A DNA stretch of 64,000 bases from Bacteroidota bacterium. GTDB lineage: Bacteria > Bacteroidota > Bacteroidia > Cytophagales > Cyclobacteriaceae. Below the pieces are notes generated by a model that searched no databases, was not told where the DNA came from, and saw only the letters and a list, made by a program, of their open reading frames with translations. Both the position numbers and the translations under genes were made by a program. The DNA is taken from NCBI GenBank assembly GCA_049324055.1, contig JBMOLS010000007.1, positions 32,493-96,492 of the forward strand, given 5' to 3'. Below are positions 55,904 to 64,000 of this stretch, in pieces; within the stretch, counting starts at the first letter, position 1; each line of letters begins with the position of its first letter.

Positions 55904-55911
55904 TAAATTTG
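55904..55911 (+). promoter_or_regulatory. Bacteroidota -7 promoter box (exact TAnnTTTG: taaatttg) for the TA cassette
   Basis: An exact consensus match ending 5 nt before ATG 55917. This would make the antitoxin mRNA essentially leaderless. Confidence 0.3.
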
Positions 55912-55916
55912 TTAGT

Positions 55917-56147
55917 ATGGAGACGACAATACGCGTGCGACCCTCGGAATTGAATGAAAAACTTCTCGCAAAAATCAAGGAGTTCATTGGCAACAAGGAT
56001 GTAGATATTACTATTTCCGTTCGCGAGTTCGATCCATCCTTTACCGAAGATTTAAGACGATCGGAAGAAGAGGCAAAGGATGGAAACAAGCTTATTTCCT
56101 TTACCATGGAAGAGTTTGTGAACTATCATCCGGCCAAAAAGAAGTAG
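55917..56147 (+). CDS. putative antitoxin of the YoeB module (not obviously Phd/YefM)
   Basis: Lies in ORF 55875-56147. The start is moved to METTIRV, giving 76 aa. The stop lies 2 nt before the yoeB ATG, and the C-terminal half is acidic. Confidence 0.6.
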   Translation: METTIRVRPSELNEKLLAKIKEFIGNKDVDITISVREFDPSFTEDLRRSEEEAKDGNKLISFTMEEFVNYHPAKKK

Positions 56148-56149
56148 GC

Positions 56150-56407
56150 ATGAGGCAAATCAGCTTTACGCCACTGTCTTTCAAAGAATTTAATGATTGG
56201 TTTGCGGAGGACGATGAGATGGTTGAGAAAATTCGTTTGCTGATTCGCGATATTGACCGCGATCCCTTTCATGGCCTTGGTAAACCCGAACCGCTGAGGG
56301 GTAATTGGAGTGGAGCATGGAGTAGGAGGATTAACCATGAACATCGCCTGATTTACAAGGTATCGGATACGCAAATCTTAATACTGAAGTGCAGGGGGCA
56401 TTACTGA
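56150..56407 (+). CDS. yoeB: Txe/YoeB-family toxin (ribosome-dependent mRNA interferase)
   Basis: 85 aa. GKPEPLRGNWSGAWSRRINHEHRLIYKV....CRGHY aligns closely with E. coli YoeB, including the Glu, Arg and terminal His-Tyr catalytic residues. Confidence 0.9.
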   Translation: MRQISFTPLSFKEFNDWFAEDDEMVEKIRLLIRDIDRDPFHGLGKPEPLRGNWSGAWSRRINHEHRLIYKVSDTQILILKCRGHY

Positions 56408-56409
56408 GT

Positions 56410-57318
56410 CTACGCATTCACCTTGTCTTTCTGAATCTTCTTTTTGGCGGCATTCTTCTCTAAGTATTGAATAATCTTTCCACCAATGTCCACCTTGGTG
56501 GCACCTTCAATGCCTTCGAGGCCGGGCGAAGAGTTTACTTCAATAATGAGCGGACCCCGCTTGGAGGGCAGCATATCCACACCGGCCACACCGAGGCCCA
56601 TTTTTTTGGCAGCCGTAATGGCGGCATGTTTTTCCTGGCGGTTTAACTTATATACTTCTGCATAGCCACCGCGGTGCAGGTTTGAGCGAAATTCGCCATC
56701 GCGGGCTTGCCTGCGCATGGCGCCCACTACTTCGCCATCTACCACAAAGGCGCGTATGTCGGAGCCTTTGGCCTCTTTGATGAACTCTTGCACAATGATG
56801 CGGGCGTGCAAGCCATGAAAAGCTTCTATTACAGATTGTGCCGCTTTTTTGTTTTCGGCCAGCACAACGCCCAGGCCTTGTGTTCCTTCCAGCAGTTTGA
56901 TCACTACGGGTGCACCACCTACAGCTTCTATTACACCCTCTGTATCGCGGGAGTAGTCCATGAAAATAGTTTTGGGCAGATCTAACCCGGCCCGCGAAAG
57001 TATCTGCAAGCTGCGCAGCTTATCGCGCGAGCGGATCAACGCCTGCGACTCTACGGCAGTAAACACTTTCATCATCTCGAACTGGCGTACCACGGCTGCT
57101 CCGTAAAACGTTACGGAAGCCCCGATGCGGGGGATCACCGCATCGAAATAATCCATCTTGCGGCCGTTGTACCACACCATCGGGTTTTTCTTTTCAATGA
57201 GCAACACACACTTCATGTGGTCGATGATTTCCACCTTGTGGCCGCGCTTTTCGCCTGCTTCTTTCAGGCGGGCGGTTGAGTACAGGCGGGCATCGCGCGA
57301 TAGAATCGCTATGTTCAT
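56410..57318 (-). CDS. rimK: RimK-family alpha-L-glutamate ligase (ATP-grasp)
   Basis: 302 aa. The ATP-grasp motifs include [26 protein letters not shown] and [12 protein letters not shown]. Confidence 0.88.
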   Translation of the reverse strand: MNIAILSRDARLYSTARLKEAGEKRGHKVEIIDHMKCVLLIEKKNPMVWYNGRKMDYFDAVIPRIGASVTFYGAAVVRQFEMMKVFTAVESQALIRSRDKLRSLQILSRAGLDLPKTIFMDYSRDTEGVIEAVGGAPVVIKLLEGTQGLGVVLAENKKAAQSVIEAFHGLHARIIVQEFIKEAKGSDIRAFVVDGEVVGAMRRQARDGEFRSNLHRGGYAEVYKLNRQEKHAAITAAKKMGLGVAGVDMLPSKRGPLIIEVNSSPGLEGIEGATKVDIGGKIIQYLEKNAAKKKIQKDKVNA

Positions 57319-57328
57319 AATTGATATT

Positions 57329-57787
57329 TTAGGACTGTGGTTGGGTTGTTTGCCCTGGGGCCAGGCCTGCGTTTAACTTATGTTGGTAATATAGGTCTTT
57401 TTTGGTTACATCGATCAGGAAGCGGTGGCGCAATATTTTACGGCCCAACAGGATGGGGAATTTCAAGCTGCCGCGGTTGCTTAAAGAAAATTCCGCACGG
57501 ATCAAACGATCGTAAATCTTGATACGCGTTTTGATTACGTAACGCATCTCAGCTTCGCCAAATGAATTTTTTATTTCGCGCTGGTCGAATTTCTTAAACA
57601 CAAATTTCATCCCGGTAAACTCCGGGTGTTCTTCATCTAACAAAACAAATTCCAGTTGGCCATTTACCACTTCGGCCGTAGAGCAGTGCAGACAACACGT
57701 GTAGGCACCTGTATCTATTTTAGCGTGAATGTTGTACAACCCCAGCGAGGGTAAGTCCACACGGTCGGAGCGCCCCAGAATTAGCAT
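57329..57787 (-). CDS. DUF785 / retropepsin-like 'ATP-dependent zinc protease' (RimB-like)
   Basis: 152 aa. [13 protein letters not shown] has the DTGA aspartic-protease-like motif. It lies immediately upstream of rimK. Confidence 0.75.
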   Translation of the reverse strand: MLILGRSDRVDLPSLGLYNIHAKIDTGAYTCCLHCSTAEVVNGQLEFVLLDEEHPEFTGMKFVFKKFDQREIKNSFGEAEMRYVIKTRIKIYDRLIRAEFSLSNRGSLKFPILLGRKILRHRFLIDVTKKDLYYQHKLNAGLAPGQTTQPQS

Positions 57788-57810
57788 TTCACAAACTAAT
57801 TGATTTGAGT

Positions 57811-57842
57811 AAAATAAAAAAGCCCTGCAAGAACAGGGCCTT
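57811..57842 (-). terminator. rho-independent terminator after the DUF2911 gene
   Basis: On the minus strand, aggccctg-ttcttg-cagggctt is followed by ttttattttac. Confidence 0.7.
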
Positions 57843-57861
57843 TAAATGAGAATTGGACCGA

Positions 57862-58365
57862 CTACTTGGATACTTTAAATGCCACTTGAGTATTCTCCCA
57901 CTTCAGTACTACACTGTTTTTCTCAACAGCGATGTTGAAAGTTTCTACGAAGCTGCTGGTCTTTGCAGGCTTCACGCTTACGCGAAGCACGTCTTCGTCT
58001 TGCTTATAAGTATATGCTCCCCACTTGATCGTCTTATTGAAGATGATCACCCACTCGTTTTCACCAGGGATGGTAAACAGACCATATTTGCCGGCAGCAA
58101 GTTCTTTGCCTTCAATTTTTACGGGTGCGCTGAACTCAATTGAGGTGGTTGCGTTAGCGCCTGTTCTCCAAACTTCACCGTAGGGCACTAATCCACCCAT
58201 GATCTTGCGGCCCCGGGCCGAAGGCTGATGATAGTCTATGGTTACCTTTACACCATCGATGGTGCCTTCTGCTTTTGCGGGGGGGCTGGAAGGTTTTTCC
58301 TGCGCCATTACACCAAAGGCAGAGGCGAATACGAGCAAAAACAACGAAGCTAATTTTGTTTTCAT
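57862..58365 (-). CDS. DUF2911 domain secreted protein
   Basis: Lies in ORF 57862-58467. The start is moved to MKTKLASLFLLVFASAFG, which gives a signal peptide. The motif is YGEVWRTGANATT...FTIPGENEWVIIFN. Confidence 0.75.
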   Translation of the reverse strand: MKTKLASLFLLVFASAFGVMAQEKPSSPPAKAEGTIDGVKVTIDYHQPSARGRKIMGGLVPYGEVWRTGANATTSIEFSAPVKIEGKELAAGKYGLFTIPGENEWVIIFNKTIKWGAYTYKQDEDVLRVSVKPAKTSSFVETFNIAVEKNSVVLKWENTQVAFKVSK

Positions 58366-58397
58366 AACACTACTTGGGTTAAAGTTAATCGATTCAA

Positions 58398-58438
58398 CAG
58401 AAAAATGCCCCAAACTGTTTTTCAATTCGGGGCATTCA
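58398..58438 (-). terminator. probable terminator after ffh
   Basis: On the minus strand, aatgcccc-(17 nt)-ggggcatt is followed by ttttctg. The loop is rather long. Confidence 0.45.
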
Positions 58439-58544
58439 AAACTATCTGTAATAAACCTCTCTACCAATGCTGTTAACGGATTTTTAACAAAGTTATTTCA
58501 TCCGCCACCGCCTTATTCCTCAAATTACCTCCAGCCGCGGTAGG

Positions 58545-59876
58545 CTACCTGCCGAAAGGATTGATGGCCGACAAGGCGCGTTTGCCTCCACCCATCTTAT
58601 TCATGGTCTTCATCATCTTGCGCATGTCTTCAAATTGCTTCAGCAATTGGTTTACCTGCTGCACCGATGTGCCGCTTCCTTTGGCAATGCGGTTTTTCCG
58701 GCTGGGGTTAATGATGTCCGGATTTTCGCGTTCTTTAATGGTCATTGAGCGGATGATGGCCTCTACGGGTTTAAATGAGTTATCGTCAATATCCACGCCC
58801 TTCAGCGCTTTGCCCATGCCGGGTATCATGCCCAGCAGGTCTTTCATGTTACCCATTTTCTTGATCTGCTCCAGTTGCAACAGGAAGTCGTTGAAGTCGA
58901 ACTGGTTTTTGCGGATCTTCTTGTTGAGGCGCGCAGCTTCTTCAGCATCGAAGGTCTGTTGTGCTTTTTCCACCAGCGTTACCACATCGCCCATGCCCAA
59001 AATGCGGCTTGCCATACGGTCGGGGTAGAAGCGTTCGATGGCATCCATCTTTTCGCCTGCGCTGATGAACTTGATCGGCTTTTCTACTACCCTGCGAATG
59101 GAAAGAGCGGCACCCCCCCGCGTGTCGCCATCCATTTTGGTAAGCACTACACCATTGAAGTTGAGACGGTCGTTGAAGGCTTTGGCCGTATTCACTGCAT
59201 CTTGCCCGGTCATGGCGTCTACCACAAACAGGGTTTCCGATGGGTTGAGTGCTTCTTTCAGCCGCGCAATCTCATCCATCATCTCCTCATCTACCGCCAA
59301 ACGGCCGGCTGTATCCACAATTACCACACGCGCATTGATGGTTTTGGCGTGGGCGATGGCCGCTTTGGCAATTTTTACGGCATCTTTATTGTCGGGTTCG
59401 GCATACACTTCCACTTCGATCTGCTGCCCCAGCACTTTCAACTGGTCGATGGCGGCAGGGCGGTAGATGTCGCAGGCGGCCAGCATCACCTGGCGGCCCT
59501 GGCGTTTCAGGTAGCTGGCCAACTTTCCAGAGAAGGTGGTTTTACCCGAGCCCTGCAAACCCGCTATCAGAATAACCGCGGGGTTTCCGTTAATTTGAAT
59601 TTCTTCACTTTCGCCTCCCATCAATCGGGTCAGCTCATCGTTGGTGATTTTTACCAACAACTGCCCGGGCGAGATGGCCGTGAGCACATTTTGCCCCATG
59701 GCCTTCTCTTTGATTTCGTCTGATACTTCTTTGGCAACCTTGTAGTTAACGTCTGCATCAATCAGCGCTTTGCGTATTTCTTTGATAGTGCCCGCTACGT
59801 TTATTTCGGTAATGCGTCCCTGACCTTTCAGGGTTTGAAAGGCCTTGTCCAGCTTCAGACTTAAATTTTCGAACAT
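58545..59876 (-). CDS. ffh: signal recognition particle protein
   Basis: Lies in ORF 58545-59963. The start is moved to MFENLSLKLDKAF. GTPase motifs are GLQGSGKTT, DTAGR and TKMDGD. The M-domain is Met-rich. Confidence 0.95.
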   Translation of the reverse strand: MFENLSLKLDKAFQTLKGQGRITEINVAGTIKEIRKALIDADVNYKVAKEVSDEIKEKAMGQNVLTAISPGQLLVKITNDELTRLMGGESEEIQINGNPAVILIAGLQGSGKTTFSGKLASYLKRQGRQVMLAACDIYRPAAIDQLKVLGQQIEVEVYAEPDNKDAVKIAKAAIAHAKTINARVVIVDTAGRLAVDEEMMDEIARLKEALNPSETLFVVDAMTGQDAVNTAKAFNDRLNFNGVVLTKMDGDTRGGAALSIRRVVEKPIKFISAGEKMDAIERFYPDRMASRILGMGDVVTLVEKAQQTFDAEEAARLNKKIRKNQFDFNDFLLQLEQIKKMGNMKDLLGMIPGMGKALKGVDIDDNSFKPVEAIIRSMTIKERENPDIINPSRKNRIAKGSGTSVQQVNQLLKQFEDMRKMMKTMNKMGGGKRALSAINPFGR

Positions 59877-60136
59877 GCAAGTATCTTTAAATAAGGATGC
59901 AAAATTAACTGGCGCGGATGGCGCTTCCAAATAGGCTACGGGCCCCACGGTTGCTCCATACACCCCCTAATCTTTTTCAATAGGGGCTATATTCTTACAT
60001 CAAAACTTCTCATAGCCCGATCAAAAATTCCCATTGTGGGATGTTATTCCAATAAAAAAGCGCCATATTTCCTCAAAATTGCCTATTTTTATAAACGGCA
60101 CTTTTTTGGCCCTTACCTAGACCTTACACTGCCACT

Positions 60137-60553
60137 ATGAATCTGAAATCTGTGCTCGCCAATTTGTATTACTTACTTATCTATGCCGATGGCAAGATAA
60201 ACGACCGAGAAGTAGTATTGGGAAAAAAGATGATGGCAGCGGAGGGCATGGATGAAGTTGCGCTGCACAAGCACATCGATTTATTGAAAACAAAGGACAA
60301 AGGCACTATTTTGAAAGACAGTATTGCGAGCTTGCGTAAGTTGGACAGCAAGCAACAGGTGCGTTGTATCGCCTGGTTGTGTGTGGTGGCCAACTCCGAT
60401 GGTTTTATGGATAAAGAAGAGTGGATGTTTATTTATAAAATCTACCACACGGAGCTAAAGCTTTCGCTGGACGAAATTATGAAAACCCAGAAAGATCTGA
60501 ACAAAATTATTCATGGCAGATCATTCCATTCGCTGGGTGTTATTGTGGATTGA
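60137..60553 (+). CDS. TerB-like domain protein
   Basis: 138 aa. The patterns YYLLIYADGKINDRE and VANSDGFMDKEEW are the paired ADG/SDG...E motifs typical of TerB-fold proteins. Confidence 0.55.
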   Translation: MNLKSVLANLYYLLIYADGKINDREVVLGKKMMAAEGMDEVALHKHIDLLKTKDKGTILKDSIASLRKLDSKQQVRCIAWLCVVANSDGFMDKEEWMFIYKIYHTELKLSLDEIMKTQKDLNKIIHGRSFHSLGVIVD

Positions 60554-60558
60554 TCTGC

Positions 60559-61671
60559 TTATTTCAATACCAGTTTTTCCGCTTTGGCCTTTAGCAGATG
60601 ATAGGGTGCACTCATAGCGAGGGTTAGTTCCTCTTCGTTCGCAGCCAGCGTTAGCCAACGATGCACTCCATTGTTTTGCAATTCCACTTCCGATAGCCAG
60701 CACTGACCGCAGACCACGGCAATTTTTTTGTGATGTAGTTGGGCCAACGCCACCACGTGAGATACCACCTTGCCGGAAAAAGTCTGCTCGTCTATTCTGC
60801 CCTCACCCGTAATCACCCAATCGCAGCTTTTAATAAGTACCTCCAGTTGAAGGAGTTCGCCCAAGTATTCAACACCCGGCCTGAGCCGGGCTTGCGAGAA
60901 AAGCCGTAGCGAGGCGCCCAACCCACCGGCAGCGCCTGCACCAGGAAAATCTATATCAACTCCGAATAACCTTTGGGCTAAGTGTTGGTAGTGTACCAGG
61001 CCCTCATTCAACGCACGCACCTGTTCAGGAGTGGCCCCCTTTTGCGGGCCATAGATAAAAGCGGCACCTTTCGGGCCAGTTAGTGGATTGTTGACATCGC
61101 AGAGCACCGTGATCTGTGCTTCGGCCAGGCGCGGATGTTTGCCAGACGTATCAATGGAAGCTATTTTCACCAGGTTGCCACCGGTGGGTACCACGCGCTC
61201 ACCGTGTTCATCGAGGTAACGAATGCCTAACGCAGCGGCCATCCCCGTTCCTGCATCGTTGGTAGCGCTGCCACCAATACCCAACACAATGTGTTGCGCA
61301 CCTCTGTCGAGCGCGTCTGCAATCAGGTCGCCCGTGCCGGCCGAGGAGGTGCGCATCGGGTTTCGCTCCTGATGGGTTAACAACGCCAGGCCACTGGCAG
61401 AAGCCATCTCCATGAATGCAGTGGTACCATCTTGCGAAAGTCCGTAAGTAGCTTGTAGGGGGCGCAGCAGCGGATCGCGCACCGTCACCTTTATTTCAGT
61501 ACCTTGGTATGCCTGCATCAATAATTCGAAGGTGCCTTCGCCACCATCGGCCAATGGCAGCGTTTTTATTTCGTCATGCCCCTGTACGACAAGTCCTTCT
61601 GCCACCGCACGGCAAACCTGCGCTGCGGTGAGCGTACCTTTGAATTTATCAGGTGCGATGAGGATTTTCAA
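60559..61671 (-). CDS. glycerate kinase
   Basis: 370 aa. MKILIAPDKFKGTLTA at the N-terminus, with LADGGEGT and ITGEGRID motifs. Confidence 0.88.
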   Translation of the reverse strand: MKILIAPDKFKGTLTAAQVCRAVAEGLVVQGHDEIKTLPLADGGEGTFELLMQAYQGTEIKVTVRDPLLRPLQATYGLSQDGTTAFMEMASASGLALLTHQERNPMRTSSAGTGDLIADALDRGAQHIVLGIGGSATNDAGTGMAAALGIRYLDEHGERVVPTGGNLVKIASIDTSGKHPRLAEAQITVLCDVNNPLTGPKGAAFIYGPQKGATPEQVRALNEGLVHYQHLAQRLFGVDIDFPGAGAAGGLGASLRLFSQARLRPGVEYLGELLQLEVLIKSCDWVITGEGRIDEQTFSGKVVSHVVALAQLHHKKIAVVCGQCWLSEVELQNNGVHRWLTLAANEEELTLAMSAPYHLLKAKAEKLVLK

Positions 61672-62975
61672 AGGATGAGAAATAAGACTATGGATGTAAG
61701 CAACGTGGTGAGTCCCAGCAACAATGTCAGCACAGTGAAACTGCGGGCTGCTGCGTTCGGATCAATACCTCCAAATTGACTCACCACCCAAAAATAAGAA
61801 TCGTTAGCATGCGATACAGCCATGCTGCCGCCACCGATGGCTACCATCAGCGCTGCCAACTGCGCAGGGGCACCAATGCCGGCACTGCCCGCCAGTGGCG
61901 CCAGCATGGCACTGGAAATAACAATCGCAGACGTGGTAGACCCCTGGGCCGTTTTCATCACCGCGGCAATGGTGAAGGCAACAACCAGAAACCATGCCCC
62001 ATGGGTGGGATGCTCTGAAATGAACGTTGCCAACGCCCCGTCTATACCGCTATTCTTAATCACCATGCCGAAGGCCCCACCTGCACCCGTAACGAGCAAA
62101 ATAACGCCCGCGTCTTTCAGCGCATCTGCATGCCAGGAGGGCCAATGGCTCTTCTCAGACGGTGGGAGCAAGAAAAAGCTGAGCAGCCACCCGGCCAGCA
62201 AAGCTACCACCGGATGCCCCCATATTTTGGCAGCCGGCCACGGAGCCAGTGTGCCTGCACCGATTAATACAATCGGGGTAAGCAACGGCACCCACGCAAG
62301 GCCAGAGGGAAGCCCCACGGTGGACTTTGATGCATCGGGCACGTGCATGAACTGAACATCCTTTCCCAGCCAACGGGCACCGGCATAGGCCACCGCAATG
62401 GTAGGAACCGAGGTGAGTGCGGCCACCGCCACCACCACACCCAGTTGACTGGTTAGACCAAGGGCGGCAGCAGAGGCGAGTGGACCGGGAGTGGGCGGAA
62501 TGAGTGTGTGCGAGGTGTACAATCCCGAGGCCAGGGCCAGCGTAAGCTGTGCGGGGGCCACGGTGGCCTGCGATGCGATGGAAGGGATGAGCCGCGAGAG
62601 GATGATGAATCCGGAGTCGCAGAAGACCGGTATGCCTACCACGGCACCCATTACAGCCATGGCCAGCACGGTGTAACGGGTACCGAACCAACCCAACAAC
62701 TGGTGGCTGATCGTTTCCATGGCGCGTGTTTTTTCGAGCATCACCCCCAGGCAGCAGCCCACCGCTACCAGCAGGCCGATCTGCTGCAACATGGCACCAA
62801 AGCCACGTTGTGCGGCCTCGAGAATGGCAGTGGTGTGCTGGCCCGTAAGCCAACCAAAGCACAAGGCTGCTGCCAGCAATCCAAAAAAGGCAGGCACCTT
62901 CCACCAACGCCCGAGCGCGATGAGTAACCCGAGGGCTATCACCAGCGCCCCTGTTATTTGTGTCAGGCTATTCAT
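61668..62975 (-). CDS. GntP-family permease (gluconate/glycerate:H+ symporter family)
   Basis: 435 aa, ~12 TM helices, with GntP-like composition. It is linked by 4-nt overlaps at both ends. Confidence 0.8.
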   Translation of the reverse strand: MNSLTQITGALVIALGLLIALGRWWKVPAFFGLLAAALCFGWLTGQHTTAILEAAQRGFGAMLQQIGLLVAVGCCLGVMLEKTRAMETISHQLLGWFGTRYTVLAMAVMGAVVGIPVFCDSGFIILSRLIPSIASQATVAPAQLTLALASGLYTSHTLIPPTPGPLASAAALGLTSQLGVVVAVAALTSVPTIAVAYAGARWLGKDVQFMHVPDASKSTVGLPSGLAWVPLLTPIVLIGAGTLAPWPAAKIWGHPVVALLAGWLLSFFLLPPSEKSHWPSWHADALKDAGVILLVTGAGGAFGMVIKNSGIDGALATFISEHPTHGAWFLVVAFTIAAVMKTAQGSTTSAIVISSAMLAPLAGSAGIGAPAQLAALMVAIGGGSMAVSHANDSYFWVVSQFGGIDPNAAARSFTVLTLLLGLTTLLTSIVLFLIL

Positions 62976-64000
62976 GTGCGAAACGGCCAGTAGGGAAGGG
63001 GTTCACCTTTTTTGAAGTCTGTGCGTTCGGCCGACAGTTCTAAAAAGCCATCCACGTTCTTCAGGTTGGCAAAATCACCAGAACCCCCTCCGGCATCCGG
63101 ATATGCCATCAGCACACCGTTTTCATTCTGCACCCGCACCTGCAGAAAATAGGTGAGGGGCGCTGCAAAGGTAAAGTCGGTAGCCAGCCGTGCCTGGGTT
63201 GGCTTTGCGTCTACACCGGCACATCGCAGCAGCCAGGGTTTTACATAGCGAAAGAAACACAGATAGGTGGACACCGGGTTGCCGGGTAAAGCGAACACCG
63301 TGTGGCGGGGGCTGGTGCCGAACCAGAACGGCTTGCCTGGCCGCTGGCTCACCTGGTGGAATCTCTTTTCGATACCCAGTTTCTTAAGAACCTGAGGCAC
63401 GTAGTCGAATTTGCCCTTCGAAACGCCCCCCGACAAAAGCACCAGCTCATACGACTCGAAAATATTTTTCAACCGATCTTCCATGGCTGTTTCGTGATCG
63501 GGAAGGTGGAACAGTGTGGCCTCGTGGCGCAGTTGCTTTAGGGCCGCCTGCAGGGCATAACTGTTCGATCTGCGGATTTGCCACGGCAACGGCTGGGCTT
63601 CAATGGCTACCAACTCATCGCCTGTGCTGATAATAGCTGTACGCGGATAACCAAATACATCTACCTCGTGCAACCCCACTGAGGCCAGCACGGCAATTTC
63701 TGCGGCCGACAGCATAATGCCGGGACTTAGCAGTCGTTGACCCTCCCGGGCATCCTGCCCCTGGTGGTGAATATGTTGGCCCGGTTCCACTTCCGCCTGG
63801 TGTACGGTGGCCACACCCCTGTCAATAAGCACATCCTCATATCTTACCACCGTGTCGGTGCCAGGGGGCAGAACAGCCCCCGTCATTACTTCCATGGCAA
63901 GTAGCGGGTTATCGAGAGAGGCGGGTGGCTTACCAGCTACCTGCGTACTGGCGATTGGAAAGTTGCGATTACCTTTGCGCAACGATTCATGGCGGATGGC
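62972..64000 (-). CDS. MoeA-like molybdopterin molybdotransferase homolog (5' end outside window)
   Basis: The frame is open to the window edge; the listed M at 63982 is a TTG inside the open frame. The MoeA central and C-terminal domains are recognisable (ISTGDEL, LLSGGVSKGKFDY, FALPGNPVS). Confidence 0.8.
   Translation of the reverse strand, partial: AIRHESLRKGNRNFPIASTQVAGKPPASLDNPLLAMEVMTGAVLPPGTDTVVRYEDVLIDRGVATVHQAEVEPGQHIHHQGQDAREGQRLLSPGIMLSAAEIAVLASVGLHEVDVFGYPRTAIISTGDELVAIEAQPLPWQIRRSNSYALQAALKQLRHEATLFHLPDHETAMEDRLKNIFESYELVLLSGGVSKGKFDYVPQVLKKLGIEKRFHQVSQRPGKPFWFGTSPRHTVFALPGNPVSTYLCFFRYVKPWLLRCAGVDAKPTQARLATDFTFAAPLTYFLQVRVQNENGVLMAYPDAGGGSGDFANLKNVDGFLELSAERTDFKKGEPLPYWPFRT

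Noticed and set aside
59877-60136. 260-bp spacer between ffh and the TerB-like gene, examined for SRP RNA, another ncRNA or small ORFs.
   Set aside because: No SRP-RNA domain IV motif is present. I found only short inverted repeats (gggctat/atagccc, atggcgctt/aagcgccat) and a 21-codon ORF with an implausible sequence. There is not enough here to call a feature.

Overview
This is a chromosomal segment of a Bacteroidota genome. Evidence for that: a T9SS type-B C-terminal-domain cargo next to a PorP/SprF gene, ribosomal protein bTHX, exact TAnnTTTG -7 boxes, many lipobox and secretion signals, and no obvious Shine-Dalgarno sequences. About 60 protein genes and one tRNA-Ser(CGA) are present. No rRNA, CRISPR array or intact mobile element was seen.

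Gene content in order:
- histidine-kinase tail, GH29 fucosidase and an orphan FtsX/MacB-type permease
- an L-arabinose operon (araB-araD-araA, an SSF symporter and a NUDIX/NrtR-type regulator)
- a DUF4256 / DoxX / SRPBCC / ArsR cluster with a 48-bp palindromic operator
- a HAD hydrolase and a secreted dioxygenase-like protein
- a LytS-type kinase with a LytTR regulator, beside a second FtsX permease
- a degenerate SRAP gene coupled to an alpha/beta hydrolase, then DinB and TerC
- tRNA-Ser and a DUF1801 protein
- an M13 peptidase homolog lacking its zinc motif
- bTHX, then a complete trp operon (trpE-G-D-C-F-B-[DUF1684]-A)
- a DUF58 / transglutaminase / MoxR / unknown 670-aa four-gene operon
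- pgk, pfkA and tsaC
- a small AT-rich islet with an orphan ORF, a Y1-transposase stub and a 42-bp tandem repeat
- a 1739-aa T9SS adhesin divergent from porP/sprF
- a Uma2 nuclease
- a RimK / DUF785 / AstE-like cluster split by a yoeB toxin-antitoxin cassette
- ffh and a TerB-like gene
- a glycerate kinase / gntP / moeA-like unit

Most noteworthy observations:
1. A previously unlisted 23-codon leader ORF with three consecutive Trp codons, plus a terminator/antiterminator pair, lies upstream of trpE. It starts directly after the bTHX gene.
2. The translationally coupled DUF58-TGase-MoxR-unknown operon.
3. SRAP and M13 homologs in which the catalytic residues are all substituted.
4. The RimK-associated cluster interrupted by a YoeB module.
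5. A 42/21-bp tandem repeat next to a transposase remnant.

All functional calls rest on motif recognition by eye. No database search was run.
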